Below are positions 37,793-47,617 of a stretch of DNA of 64,000 nt, piece after piece. Source of the stretch: Bacteroidales bacterium (GTDB taxonomy: Bacteria > Bacteroidota > Bacteroidia > Bacteroidales > JAFGUD01); assembly GCA_016936595.1 (NCBI GenBank), contig JAFGXO010000050.1, positions 87 through 64,086 of the forward strand, given 5' to 3'. A model generated the notes under the pieces. The model ran no database searches and was not told the origin of the DNA. It saw nothing but the letters and a program-made list of their open reading frames with translations. Made by a program: the position numbers and the translations under genes. Positions within the stretch are counted from its first letter, which is position 1. Each line of letters begins with the position of its first letter.

Positions 37793-39616
37793 ATGGGAAT
37801 GACAATAATTGAAAAAATACTGACCAATCATTCAAAATACAACAAAGTTGAACCCGGACAGATTATAGATGTTAGCATTGATGCACGAGTTGCTCGCGAT
37901 TTTGGCGGACCTAACGTTGTTAAACACATGGAAGGAAACAACTTAAATATTCATGACGCATCAAAAACATTTTTTACTTTTGACACAAACCCAACCGGCT
38001 CTGACATGAAATACGCTGTTAATCAGCACATTTGTCGTCAATATGCAAGAAAAAACAAAGTGAAAATTTTTGACATAAATAACGGTATAGGAACACATAC
38101 TTTAATGGAACTTGGGTTAGCATATCCAGGATCAACTGCTGTATCAACAGATTCTCATGCAAATATTTTGGGTGCAGTTTGTTCATTCGGTCAAGGAATG
38201 GGCGACAAAGATATTGCTGCGGTTTGGGCAAACGGTAGCATTTGGTTTAAAGTACCGGCATCGGTTAAAATTAATTTAAACGGGAAACGCCCCTCAAACA
38301 TAACTGCTAAAGACATTGTTTTAAACTTATTAAACCGTTTTGGTGCAAATAGTTTACTTGGTTATTCTATTGAGCTTTACGGCGAAGAAGTTGAAAAACT
38401 AACACTCGACGAAAGAATTACAATTGCTTCAATGGCTACCGAAATGGGGGCAATTATTCTGTTTATTCCACCGTCTGAAAATATTTACAACTATTTTGAG
38501 GCTGTTCTTGGAAAAAAAGTTGAGCGAATTTTTGCCGACGATGACGCTGTTTACGATAAAACTTTTGATTTAAACATTGCTGATTTTAAAGAAATGGTTT
38601 CACTTCCGGGAAAACCCCACGGAACGGTTGATATTATTGAAGCAAAAAAACAAAAAATAGATTCGGCTTTTATCGGAAGTTGTACAAACGGAAGAATAGA
38701 AGATTTACGAAGTGCTGCAAATGTTTTAAAAGGCAGAACTGTAGCCCCCGGAGTAGTTCTTAAAATTGTTCCTTCAACAGATATTGTATGGCAACAAGCT
38801 ATGAAAGAAGGACTTATATTAATATTTAAACAAGCTGGAGCAATGGTTTCAAATGCAGGTTGTGCTGGTTGTGCTGCCGGACAAGTTGGAATGAACGGAC
38901 CGGGAGAAATTTCAATCAGCACCGGAAACAGAAATTTTCCGGGCAAACAAGGCAAAGGTGAAGTATATCTTGCCTCGCCGGCTGTTGTTGCTGCTTCGGC
39001 AGTTGCAGGCTATATTACAACTATTGACGATATTCCCGAAATACCGGCAAATTTTGATTCCCAGTATATCGAAAATAAATCTTCTCTATCCGAAAAACAT
39101 CTTAATGACGCAAAAAAAGCAGAGAAAAAAACTTTTGCTCAAGGTAAAGTCTGGCTCATTGAACGCGATAATATTGACACTGATATGATTTTTCATAACC
39201 GTTATCTTGCTATCACAAACATTGATGAAATGGGACAATACGCATTTGATAATCTCGAAGGTTACGAGGATTTTGCAAAAAAAGTTCAACCATCGGACAT
39301 TATAGTAACCGGCAAAAATTTTGGTAGCGGAAGCTCTCGTCAGCAAGCTGTTGATTGTTTTAAAGCTCTTGGCGTGCCCGTAATCTTAGCTCAGTCTTAT
39401 GGAGCAATTTACGAACGTAACGCAATTAATGCCGCTATGCCAATTATGAACTACACTACTGAAATTATAGAAAAAATTGAGCTAAAAAATGGCGATGAAT
39501 TATACGTAGATTTTATTACAGGTAATATTGAAAATAAATCGAACGGTAAAAAAGCCCAAATTGAACCTTTTTCTGATGTTCAACTTGATATTTATCAAAA
39601 TGGCGGAATTTTTTAA
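37793..39616 (+). CDS. Aconitase-family hydro-lyase: fused LeuC/HacA-type large and LeuD/HacB-type small subunits
   Basis: DSH, GSCTNGR and GCAGC (three [4Fe-4S] Cys), NRNFPG, a linker, then DNIDTD and GKNFGSGSSR swivel domain. Confidence 0.88.
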   Translation: MGMTIIEKILTNHSKYNKVEPGQIIDVSIDARVARDFGGPNVVKHMEGNNLNIHDASKTFFTFDTNPTGSDMKYAVNQHICRQYARKNKVKIFDINNGIGTHTLMELGLAYPGSTAVSTDSHANILGAVCSFGQGMGDKDIAAVWANGSIWFKVPASVKINLNGKRPSNITAKDIVLNLLNRFGANSLLGYSIELYGEEVEKLTLDERITIASMATEMGAIILFIPPSENIYNYFEAVLGKKVERIFADDDAVYDKTFDLNIADFKEMVSLPGKPHGTVDIIEAKKQKIDSAFIGSCTNGRIEDLRSAANVLKGRTVAPGVVLKIVPSTDIVWQQAMKEGLILIFKQAGAMVSNAGCAGCAAGQVGMNGPGEISISTGNRNFPGKQGKGEVYLASPAVVAASAVAGYITTIDDIPEIPANFDSQYIENKSSLSEKHLNDAKKAEKKTFAQGKVWLIERDNIDTDMIFHNRYLAITNIDEMGQYAFDNLEGYEDFAKKVQPSDIIVTGKNFGSGSSRQQAVDCFKALGVPVILAQSYGAIYERNAINAAMPIMNYTTEIIEKIELKNGDELYVDFITGNIENKSNGKKAQIEPFSDVQLDIYQNGGIF

Positions 39617-39630
39617 ATTCAAAATTTTAC

Positions 39631-39673
39631 AAAAAAATAACCACAGTAATTTATTTTTACTGTGGTTTTTTTT
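39631..39673. terminator. Bidirectional intrinsic terminator
   Basis: aaccacagtaa..ttactgtggtt flanked by A and T runs between convergent genes. Confidence 0.8.
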
Positions 39674-39698
39674 GTTTTTATATTACAATAAATCAATT

Positions 39699-40343
39699 TT
39701 ACTGCTCATTATTTGATAATTTATAATAAAAAACATTATCGTTAATTTTCATTTCAATAATTTTAAGAATTAACAAATCAACAAGTATATTTTCAGCCGA
39801 TTTTTTTGAGATTTCGGCTCTTTTACAAAACTCATCAATAGTAATGCGAGGATAATCGTTTAAAAATTCGAGCAAAAACTCAATTTCGCGTGTATATTTT
39901 AATTCAACATTTCTAATCTCTTTTTCTTTCCAATACCGAACTAAAACATTATTGGCTAAAAAATTTTGATCAAAAACCCGCACATACGACCTCCATCTAC
40001 CATTTTTTTCCTGAGCAAAATATGGTTTTTTATCTCCCTGTAAAATAATAATTTCAAGAATTTGTTTGCCGTCTATATACCAAGGTTCAACTTCATAATG
40101 AACAGGTGGATTACTAAACATTTTAGCGGCACTATCAACCATAAAAATTTCCTCGTCGGTTCGAACACCGGCAATTGCACCATTGTCCTTTACTCCAACA
40201 AGCAAAGTTCCTCCATTAGTATTAGCAAAAGCAACCAGAGTTTTAGCTATTTTTTTCGCATCAGAAATTTCAAACTTAAAATCAAGCGTTTGACTCTCTC
40301 CTCCCGAAATTAAATCAGCAATATGTTTTGAAATACGAGCCAT
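39699..40343 (-). CDS. Schlafen/AlbA_2 domain protein with C-terminal wHTH-like region
   Basis: GESQTLDFK, AFANTNGGTLLVGVKDNG, KPY. Confidence 0.85.
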   Translation of the reverse strand: MARISKHIADLISGGESQTLDFKFEISDAKKIAKTLVAFANTNGGTLLVGVKDNGAIAGVRTDEEIFMVDSAAKMFSNPPVHYEVEPWYIDGKQILEIIILQGDKKPYFAQEKNGRWRSYVRVFDQNFLANNVLVRYWKEKEIRNVELKYTREIEFLLEFLNDYPRITIDEFCKRAEISKKSAENILVDLLILKIIEMKINDNVFYYKLSNNEQ

Positions 40344-40394
40344 TTTTATTAAAATTTACAAAACTCCGGCTAAATGGTTTGAGCTTATTATTTC

Positions 40395-40907
40395 TTAATC
40401 AGTAATGCTATATCCTGTAAATTCAGGACTAATTTTAATATTTTTATTAATTATAGAAGCAGAATTGTATTTATAAGAAACAACAGAATCCGAACGACTA
40501 ATAAACTTATAACCAAATTCCACATCAACACCCGAATTTAAATAACCTGTTTTTTCGGCAACAACAAGCACCGATTTTCCTTGAAGTTGAGGTAAAATAG
40601 CATCTAATTCGTTCATTTTATCGGCCGGAATAAACAAAATATTACAAATACCAATAGTACTACCGGTTTCGCGAGCAATAACTTTACGCCCCGAAACTCT
40701 ATTTGTTACAGCTAAATTATTAACGTAATCTGTAACCGACGAAGTTCCGTAAACATTTATTACTATTTGATTATCCTGATAACTTTGCCAATGCAGCATT
40801 CTGCCAAACCCAAATAAATAACTTGCTGCAAGTTTATTATCAAAACTTTGAGCCGAAGAGCCTATAAAAGCAAAAATCAGTAATACTATAAATACAATTT
40901 GTTTCAT
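40395..40907 (-). CDS. YfiR/HmsC (DUF4154) family periplasmic protein
   Basis: Signal peptide. YLFGFGRML.W, CNILFI, VLVVAE..G, IKISP pattern. Confidence 0.7.
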   Translation of the reverse strand: MKQIVFIVLLIFAFIGSSAQSFDNKLAASYLFGFGRMLHWQSYQDNQIVINVYGTSSVTDYVNNLAVTNRVSGRKVIARETGSTIGICNILFIPADKMNELDAILPQLQGKSVLVVAEKTGYLNSGVDVEFGYKFISRSDSVVSYKYNSASIINKNIKISPEFTGYSITD

Positions 40908-41011
40908 CACAATATTTAATTTTAATCTTTCACAAAAATACAAAAAAACTTAAAAAGTAAAAAGATAGATGATTAAAATTCAAATATCATTAAACATATA
41001 AAAAAAAATTT

Positions 41012-41019
41012 TAATTTTG
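41012..41019 (+). promoter_or_regulatory. Bacteroidota -7 element (TAATTTTG) of the purS operon
   Basis: Consensus match 20 nt before the ATG at 41040. Confidence 0.5.
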
Positions 41020-41039
41020 CCGATGTTAAAAAAAACTAA

Positions 41040-41303
41040 ATGAAATATACAGCACGAATAAACATAATGCCATTAAACAATCTCCTTGATCCTCAAGGAA
41101 AGGCAGTAAAACAAACTTTGCAAAGTCTTAAGTACTCTGAAATATCAGATGTTAGGATAGGTAAACACATTAAACTTATTATTGATGCAAGCGATGAGCA
41201 AAGTGCTAAACAAATTGCTGAAGAAATAAGCAGAAAAGTTCTTACAAATCCTGTTATGGAGTATTTTAAAATTAATGTTTGTAAATTTGAAGTAGTTGAA
41301 TAA
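41040..41303 (+). CDS. purS: Phosphoribosylformylglycinamidine synthase subunit PurS
   Basis: LLDPQGKAV, VRIGK, LTNPVME. Confidence 0.93.
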   Translation: MKYTARINIMPLNNLLDPQGKAVKQTLQSLKYSEISDVRIGKHIKLIIDASDEQSAKQIAEEISRKVLTNPVMEYFKINVCKFEVVE

Positions 41304-42321
41304 AAAAATTTTAAATATTTTAAAAGTTATTGGTTTTATTTTTATCGGAGCTGTTTTATTTTGGTTGGTTTATAAAAATCAAGATTTTGAGACCATAAAA
41401 CAAGCTGTGTTAAAAGCAAAATTTGAATGGCTCTTATTATCAATGGTTTTGGGACTTTTAAGCCACTATAGCAGAGCTGCTCGTTGGAAATTACTTCTAA
41501 AACCATTAGGTTACGACGTAAGAAAAAAAACTCTGTTTTTTTCGGTGATGATAATGTATTTAACAAACCATGCTATTCCACGTTCAGGCGAAATAGTCAG
41601 ATGTGGCGTTGTAAACAGGTACGAAAAAGTGCCATTTTCAACATTGTTAGGTACGGTTTTTACCGAAAGAGTTATAGATGTTATTGTTCTTTTTATACTT
41701 ACAGTCATAGTTGCTGCAACTCAATTTCATGTTTTGATTGATTTTTTAAACAACAATCAAGCTGCACAAGAAAACTTAGATAAAATATCAAATTCGCTTG
41801 GAATAATATTAGCAGCTTTTGTTATTTTTGTTTCAATGTTGATTTTAATGTTTGTTTTTCGGAAAAAAATAAAACAATTAGGCATCTATAAAAAATTCCA
41901 AAAGTTAATTGAAGATTTTTTGGAAGGATTAAAAAGCGTTCTTAAACTCGAAAAAAAATGGCTTTTTATAGCTCACACAATTTTTATTTGGGGTATGTAT
42001 TTTGTGATGATTTACGTTGTATTTTTTGCTTTTGATTTTACTTCGCATTTATCTGTAATGGCGGGTTTAACAATATTTGTTCTGTCGAGCTTTGGAATTG
42101 TTATTCCATCTCCGGGAGGAATTGGAACATGGCACTTTATTGCAATTGAAACATTATTTGTGTACGGAATAGAAAAAGACAATGGCAGAGCTTTTGCTTT
42201 TGCTGCTCACGAAAGCCAAATGATTATGCTTATTGTTGTTGGTATTTTATCGCTTCTTTCAACTTCTTTGATTAAAGCAAAAGAAAGCAAAAAAATCGCA
42301 GAACAACAAACAGAAATATAA
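41296..42321 (+). CDS. Lysylphosphatidylglycerol synthase TM-domain (flippase-like, UPF0104) protein
   Basis: RAARW..LL, PRSGEIVR, ERVID, PSPGGIG. Multi-TM, with a TTG start overlapping the purS stop. Confidence 0.85.
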   Translation: MNKKILNILKVIGFIFIGAVLFWLVYKNQDFETIKQAVLKAKFEWLLLSMVLGLLSHYSRAARWKLLLKPLGYDVRKKTLFFSVMIMYLTNHAIPRSGEIVRCGVVNRYEKVPFSTLLGTVFTERVIDVIVLFILTVIVAATQFHVLIDFLNNNQAAQENLDKISNSLGIILAAFVIFVSMLILMFVFRKKIKQLGIYKKFQKLIEDFLEGLKSVLKLEKKWLFIAHTIFIWGMYFVMIYVVFFAFDFTSHLSVMAGLTIFVLSSFGIVIPSPGGIGTWHFIAIETLFVYGIEKDNGRAFAFAAHESQMIMLIVVGILSLLSTSLIKAKESKKIAEQQTEI

Positions 42322-42355
42322 ATATTTTTAGATTTTATAACATAAATTTTAAACT

Positions 42356-42973
42356 ATGAAAAATAACAAAATTTCACTTCTTATTAGTATTTTAGCTTTA
42401 GTTGGAGTTATAGTTCTTTTAATCGGACAGTTTTCTAATAAAGAAAAAAGCAACACAACTCCGAACGTTGAACCCAAAGAAACTCAAATTGTTTATGTAA
42501 ACATTGATTCGGTTTTAATTAGCTACGACTTGTATAATGCTCTATCACTGCAACTTATGCAAAAACAACAGCAATTAGAGAGCGAACTTCAAACTAAAAT
42601 GCTTTCGTTACAAAACAGAATGACTCAGTTACAAAACAAATTTAATCAAGCTCTTATAACTTCTGCTAATTATCAACAACAAGCCGAAGCTCTTACTAAT
42701 GAGCAATATACTTTACAATCATGGCAAGAACAAAAAGCTCTTGAATTAAACGAAGATCAAGTTGGTTTAACACAACGAGTTTACGACAGTATTGTTAGCG
42801 TTGTTAACTACATAAATGCCGACAAAAAATACGATCTAATAATTAGCAGCTCTCTCGGGGGTACTTTATTATACGGAAACCCCGATTGGGATATCACCGA
42901 TCAAGTTGTAACTTTACTTAATCAAAGAGCAAGTGCAACTGCCGTTGCTGATTCTAATACTGTTACTAACTAA
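42356..42973 (+). CDS. OmpH/Skp family periplasmic chaperone
   Basis: IVYVNIDS, Gln-rich coiled coil, YDLII, LLY, DIT..V..LN. Confidence 0.85.
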   Translation: MKNNKISLLISILALVGVIVLLIGQFSNKEKSNTTPNVEPKETQIVYVNIDSVLISYDLYNALSLQLMQKQQQLESELQTKMLSLQNRMTQLQNKFNQALITSANYQQQAEALTNEQYTLQSWQEQKALELNEDQVGLTQRVYDSIVSVVNYINADKKYDLIISSSLGGTLLYGNPDWDITDQVVTLLNQRASATAVADSNTVTN

Positions 42974-43019
42974 AAAATATTTGAAAAGGTTTTTAGTTAA
43001 GACCTTTTCTCTCTTTTTT

Positions 43020-43799
43020 ATGAAAAAACTTTGGAGTTTCATATTTATTGTTGTAATCACTTTTTCTGTTTTTGCAGCATATTCGTTTAGTTCAAAATCA
43101 ATTAAAATTGGTAATGTTGAATTAAAAAAAACCGGTATCAAAACTTTTGTGCTCGGCGACACCACCCCTTTGTACGCAATGGGACCAATTCCTGTAAAAG
43201 TGGAAGTACCTAAAATGGATAGCTCTGCACAAAACATTTTACTTATTGGCGATTCTATGCTCGAGCAACTCCGTTGGGCAGTTAGAGACTACTGCGAACA
43301 TAATGGGCATCAACTTAATACAGTTATGTGGTACAGTTCTCAGTCTATGTGGTTTGGACAATATGACACATTAAAATATTATATCAAAAAATTTAAGCCT
43401 ACTTATATTATTTTGGTGCTTGGAGCAAATGAACTATTTGTTTCAGATATAAAAACTAAACGAGCCGATTACGTTAAAAAAATTGTTACCGACATGGACA
43501 CCATTCCTTTTATTTGGGTAGGTCCTCCAAACTGGAAAGACGACACAGGTATAAACGACTTAATTCTGCGCTACGCAAAACCCGGCAGATATTATCCTTC
43601 ATACAAAATTTCGTTGAATAATCCTAAATTTGCGAGATACAAAGACGGTGCACACCCTTTGCCTGCCACTGCACAATACTGGATGGACGAAATTGCAGTA
43701 TGGATTATGGAACAAAGCGACTACCCTATCCTTCTGGAAAAGCCCACACAAAAGGGAAACATGTCGTCAAACACAGTTATCCTTCAACCGTTAAAATAA
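43020..43799 (+). CDS. SGNH/GDSL hydrolase family protein
   Basis: LIGDSM, LGANE, WVGPP, DGAH. N-terminal hydrophobic anchor. Confidence 0.8.
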   Translation: MKKLWSFIFIVVITFSVFAAYSFSSKSIKIGNVELKKTGIKTFVLGDTTPLYAMGPIPVKVEVPKMDSSAQNILLIGDSMLEQLRWAVRDYCEHNGHQLNTVMWYSSQSMWFGQYDTLKYYIKKFKPTYIILVLGANELFVSDIKTKRADYVKKIVTDMDTIPFIWVGPPNWKDDTGINDLILRYAKPGRYYPSYKISLNNPKFARYKDGAHPLPATAQYWMDEIAVWIMEQSDYPILLEKPTQKGNMSSNTVILQPLK

Positions 43800-43823
43800 T
43801 TTTTTTAATCTGTAAAACTAAAA

Positions 43824-44579
43824 TTACAAGGTATATTCAGATAATTTATCTAAAAAGTTCTTTTTACGACCATCAGAAACATCAATTTGAGAGCCGTCAT
43901 TTAATAAAACGTGTCCGCCGCGTCCTTTTACATATTTTTTGATGAATTTTAAATTAACAAGATGTTTATTATGAATTCTGCAAAAATGAGAAACAGAAAG
44001 CATTTGTTCGTATAACTGAATAGATTTTGAGACAACAATTTTTTGTTTACTTGTAAGAAAAAAAGTTGTGTAATTATTACTTGATTCGCATCGCACAATT
44101 TCTTCAATATCAACAATATGCATACCGTTTGAAGTTGGTAAAACTAAACGTTGAGGAGCATTTTTTAAAGCACCATTTAAAACCTTGATTTTGTCCGATA
44201 AATCGTTGTCTTTTGAAAATTCCTCAAAACGTTTTAAAGCTTCAATTAAATCTTCGGGTTTTACTGGTTTTAAAATGTAGTGCAAAGCCGCTACTTCAAA
44301 AGCTCTTATTGCGTACTGGTCATAAGCAGTACTAAAAATAACCTGAAAATTTTGAAAATCTACTTTTTCTAAAACTTCAAAACCATCGCCATCAGGCATT
44401 GAAATATCAAGAAATACAAGGTCGGGTTTTTCATTATTAATAATTTCTATCCCCTCACTCACTGACTGTGCTGTTGCTACAACTTCAACACTTGGAACAT
44501 GTTTTTCCAAAAGTTTTTGCATAATGATTAAACTATTTTTCTCATCATCTACTAAAACAGTGCGTATATTTTTTGACAT
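43824..44579 (-). CDS. LytTR family response regulator
   Basis: VDDE, FLDISMP, TAYDQYA, LKP receiver. LytTR domain with F.RIH..HLVN. Confidence 0.93.
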   Translation of the reverse strand: MSKNIRTVLVDDEKNSLIIMQKLLEKHVPSVEVVATAQSVSEGIEIINNEKPDLVFLDISMPDGDGFEVLEKVDFQNFQVIFSTAYDQYAIRAFEVAALHYILKPVKPEDLIEALKRFEEFSKDNDLSDKIKVLNGALKNAPQRLVLPTSNGMHIVDIEEIVRCESSNNYTTFFLTSKQKIVVSKSIQLYEQMLSVSHFCRIHNKHLVNLKFIKKYVKGRGGHVLLNDGSQIDVSDGRKKNFLDKLSEYTL

Positions 44580-44817
44580 AAGATTGATTTTAAAGTTCAA
44601 GCAAATTTATAGAATTTTTACAAAAAAAAGAATTTTTGAAGATTTTGATTATAAAACAAGCAAATGATTGTAATTTGAAAAATAAATTAATCGTAATAGA
44701 TATCAATTTAACAATTAAATTAATTGTAATTGATTACAGTTTTTCGTCCTCCCATTTTTCCATTCACAAACATTTCTAAAACCTGTCCATCCGTTTGGCA
44801 AAGAAAAATGAAATGTT

Positions 44818-46929
44818 TTAAAACTCAATTTCTTCTCCTGAAACAAAATCGAATGCAAATGCCCCCATAGTTGTAACATCGTGATATGGAATAGATAGAG
44901 AATCACATTGTTCTGTCCAGTTTTTTATTCGATAATATTTGTTTGAAGCATCAAAAATTGCTTTGTTAAAGTCAACAAGTTCTAACACTTCTTGCATTGT
45001 TAAATAAACATTTTGAGATAACACTACATAATCAACTGAAATTTTTTTATCTGAAAGTTTTTCAAACATATCGTTATCTCTAACAATCAACATTTTAATA
45101 TTTCCTATTTGCATAAACACTTTATCTACAAAAAGATTTTTGCTTATAGTATCATTTATTTGCAAGCTATCTATATTTGATAAACAATAACTTGTATTCC
45201 GTTTTGATGTCCAGTAAGGTTTACAAGAATAATCCAAAAAATTCGATTTTCCGAAAGCAGCATCATCAGCAATTACGGTATTTTTACCTGATAAAATATT
45301 CATTGTAAACGAATTACGAGTATTAAGAAGTAAAACCTCTGAAGATGTTTGATTTCGGATGTTCAATTGTAAGTCGAGCATAAAAAAAACTAATAATGAG
45401 ACCAAAAAAGAATAAAGTAATTGTTTGTGATTATAAATCCAAAACAAAGAAAATGAGATAATTACAATAAAAAGCACTATCGTTTGTGTTCCGGTAATGT
45501 AAATGTTTTTTGTGGCAGCAAAGGGCAAACTGTTAATCCCCCCCACTCCAACAAGCAAAAATTTAAGGGCAATTTTAAGCAAAAATGCAATTGCTCCATT
45601 TAAAACAGGAATCCAACTGATTGCAAGAAGTAAAACTGCAAGATATAAAATAATGCTTGCAAGCGGAATAACTAATACATTTGTTAAAAAGAAATAATTA
45701 GGGAATTGGTGAAAATAAAAAAATCCTATTGGCATTGTTCCCATCTGTGCAGCAATAGAAACACTTAATAAAGCCCATATTTTATCAGGGATATTTCGTT
45801 CAAAAACAAAAAGTTTGTAAATATGCGGCTGAAAAAAAACAATTGACAAAACAGCTGCATACGAAAGTTGAAAACCTACAGCAAAAACATCTAAAGGATT
45901 TATAATCAACAATATAAATGCAGAAGCAAAAATTATATTATAAATTGATGTTGACCGCCTTAATAATTTGCCTATTACGAACATAGAAAACATTAAAGCC
46001 GAACGAGTAACGGAGGGAGATAAACCTGCAATAAATGCAAAAATCCACAATGAAAGTATTATTATAACAGATTTAAGCAAAATCATAAATTTATTTTTGC
46101 TCATAAAAGCCAATAAACTATTAAGAATCATAAAAATAATTCCAACATGTAAACCGGAAACAGCCAAAATATGCATTGCTCCGGTGTCGGCAAACATTTG
46201 TCGGGTTTCGGGGTCAACCTCATCTCTGTAACCAAGAGTTAAAGCAGAAAGCACACCATAACTTTGTCCATAAATATTAAATTTCTGATAAATAAGCAAT
46301 AATTTATTTCGCCAATTTAATGCAGTTCGTTTTAAAAAACGCCCCTGATTAGTTTCAAGAACAATATATTTATCTGTTTGTGCGTAGGAAGCATAAAAAA
46401 CTCCTTGGTTAGCCATGTAGGATTTATAATTAAATTCTTTGGGATTTCCGGCGTTAGTAATTTCATTCAAATATCCCAAAAAAACTAATCTATCTCCATA
46501 TTGCAGTAGTTCAGTAATACTATCTTTTTGAATATAAACAACTATTTTTGTGTTAAATTCAGTCCAATTTACACTATCGTTTACTGCTTCAATTTGAATT
46601 ATAGTTTGAACGGTTTTATCCTTAATTTTAGGCTGTTCAACTATTACGCCTTCGTAAACATTAGAATTAGAATTAATAATTTGGGGAGGATTAACTTTGT
46701 GATAATCAACAATAAAAACTCCAAGCAAAAAAATAAAAGGGAAAATTAACCAACTAAAAGAGATTGTATTTTTTACAAATAACTTATTTTCAGAAAAAAC
46801 AAATACAATTAACAAAAAAAGAAGAATAAAATGCAAATATGGAATATAAAAATTAAAAATCACAGCAAACAAAATCCCGACTACAAAAGGCGGGAATAAC
46901 GCGATAAATGGATGTTTTACTGTTTCCAT
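44818..46929 (-). CDS. comEC: ComEC/Rec2 competence channel protein
   Basis: NPKEFNY OB-type domain, GAMHILAVSGLHVG, PSVTRS, GFQLSY. C-terminal beta-lactamase metal motifs not evident. Confidence 0.88.
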   Translation of the reverse strand: METVKHPFIALFPPFVVGILFAVIFNFYIPYLHFILLFLLIVFVFSENKLFVKNTISFSWLIFPFIFLLGVFIVDYHKVNPPQIINSNSNVYEGVIVEQPKIKDKTVQTIIQIEAVNDSVNWTEFNTKIVVYIQKDSITELLQYGDRLVFLGYLNEITNAGNPKEFNYKSYMANQGVFYASYAQTDKYIVLETNQGRFLKRTALNWRNKLLLIYQKFNIYGQSYGVLSALTLGYRDEVDPETRQMFADTGAMHILAVSGLHVGIIFMILNSLLAFMSKNKFMILLKSVIIILSLWIFAFIAGLSPSVTRSALMFSMFVIGKLLRRSTSIYNIIFASAFILLIINPLDVFAVGFQLSYAAVLSIVFFQPHIYKLFVFERNIPDKIWALLSVSIAAQMGTMPIGFFYFHQFPNYFFLTNVLVIPLASIILYLAVLLLAISWIPVLNGAIAFLLKIALKFLLVGVGGINSLPFAATKNIYITGTQTIVLFIVIISFSLFWIYNHKQLLYSFLVSLLVFFMLDLQLNIRNQTSSEVLLLNTRNSFTMNILSGKNTVIADDAAFGKSNFLDYSCKPYWTSKRNTSYCLSNIDSLQINDTISKNLFVDKVFMQIGNIKMLIVRDNDMFEKLSDKKISVDYVVLSQNVYLTMQEVLELVDFNKAIFDASNKYYRIKNWTEQCDSLSIPYHDVTTMGAFAFDFVSGEEIEF

Positions 46930-46972
46930 AAACTTAATTAGTAATTTATAAAGTATTTAAATATCTGTCATT

Positions 46973-47569
46973 TTAGTCAACATTACGAAACAAAAGCTGC
47001 TCTCTGCGATTTTTGTCGCCTAAAACAGTTCTGTATGCAGCATTAAATTTGCCGGCAGCCATTGCCTTAAGCCTATTTCGCAAAAGAACACGTTTTACTT
47101 TTGCAACACGGTCGGTAAAAATAATACCGTAAGTATGGTCGTATTCATGTTGAAGAACGCGGGCAGCATATCCGGTTAAAACCTCATCATGATATTCAAA
47201 ATTTTCATCGTAATATTGAATATGTACTGTATCGTGTCGCATAACATCTTCTCTTAAGCCCGGAATACTTAAACAACCTTCATTCATTCTTACTTGATCT
47301 CCTGAATATTCAACGATTTTTGCATTGATAAAAACTTTTTTAAAGTCAGCAAGTTCGGGCTCATCTTCGGCTAATGGAGACAAGTCGATAACAAAAAGTT
47401 TGAGAGCTTTACCAATTTGGGGTGCAGCAAGTCCAACACCTTCGGAGGCGTCCATTGTTTCAAACATATTTGAAATCAATTCTTCTAATTCTTGTGTTTT
47501 TTGTAGGGGTAATACTTCACCATCTTCTCTAAGAACATCTGTTCCTATTACATATATCGGAAAAACCAT
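46973..47569 (-). CDS. def: Peptide deformylase
   Basis: GVGLAAPQIG, EGCLSIP, QHEYDH. Confidence 0.96.
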   Translation of the reverse strand: MVFPIYVIGTDVLREDGEVLPLQKTQELEELISNMFETMDASEGVGLAAPQIGKALKLFVIDLSPLAEDEPELADFKKVFINAKIVEYSGDQVRMNEGCLSIPGLREDVMRHDTVHIQYYDENFEYHDEVLTGYAARVLQHEYDHTYGIIFTDRVAKVKRVLLRNRLKAMAAGKFNAAYRTVLGDKNRREQLLFRNVD

Positions 47570-47617
47570 GATTAAAATCTGTTTTTTTTTAGTTTATCTG
47601 AATTTTTGGCAAAATTA

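Noticed and set aside
39699-40343. Schlafen/AlbA_2 gene as an anti-phage system
   Set aside because: It is a short stand-alone form common in Bacteroidota, with no sensor domain or defence-island neighbours.
419-41303. Apparent clustering of nucleotide-metabolism genes (add, pyrF, purM, pyrH, pyrB, purS, amidohydrolase)
   Set aside because: They lie in separate transcription units on both strands among unrelated genes, with no shared regulatory motif seen.
44715-44906. 63-aa ORF spanning the comEC end
   Set aside because: It overlaps comEC out of frame and has no recognisable features.
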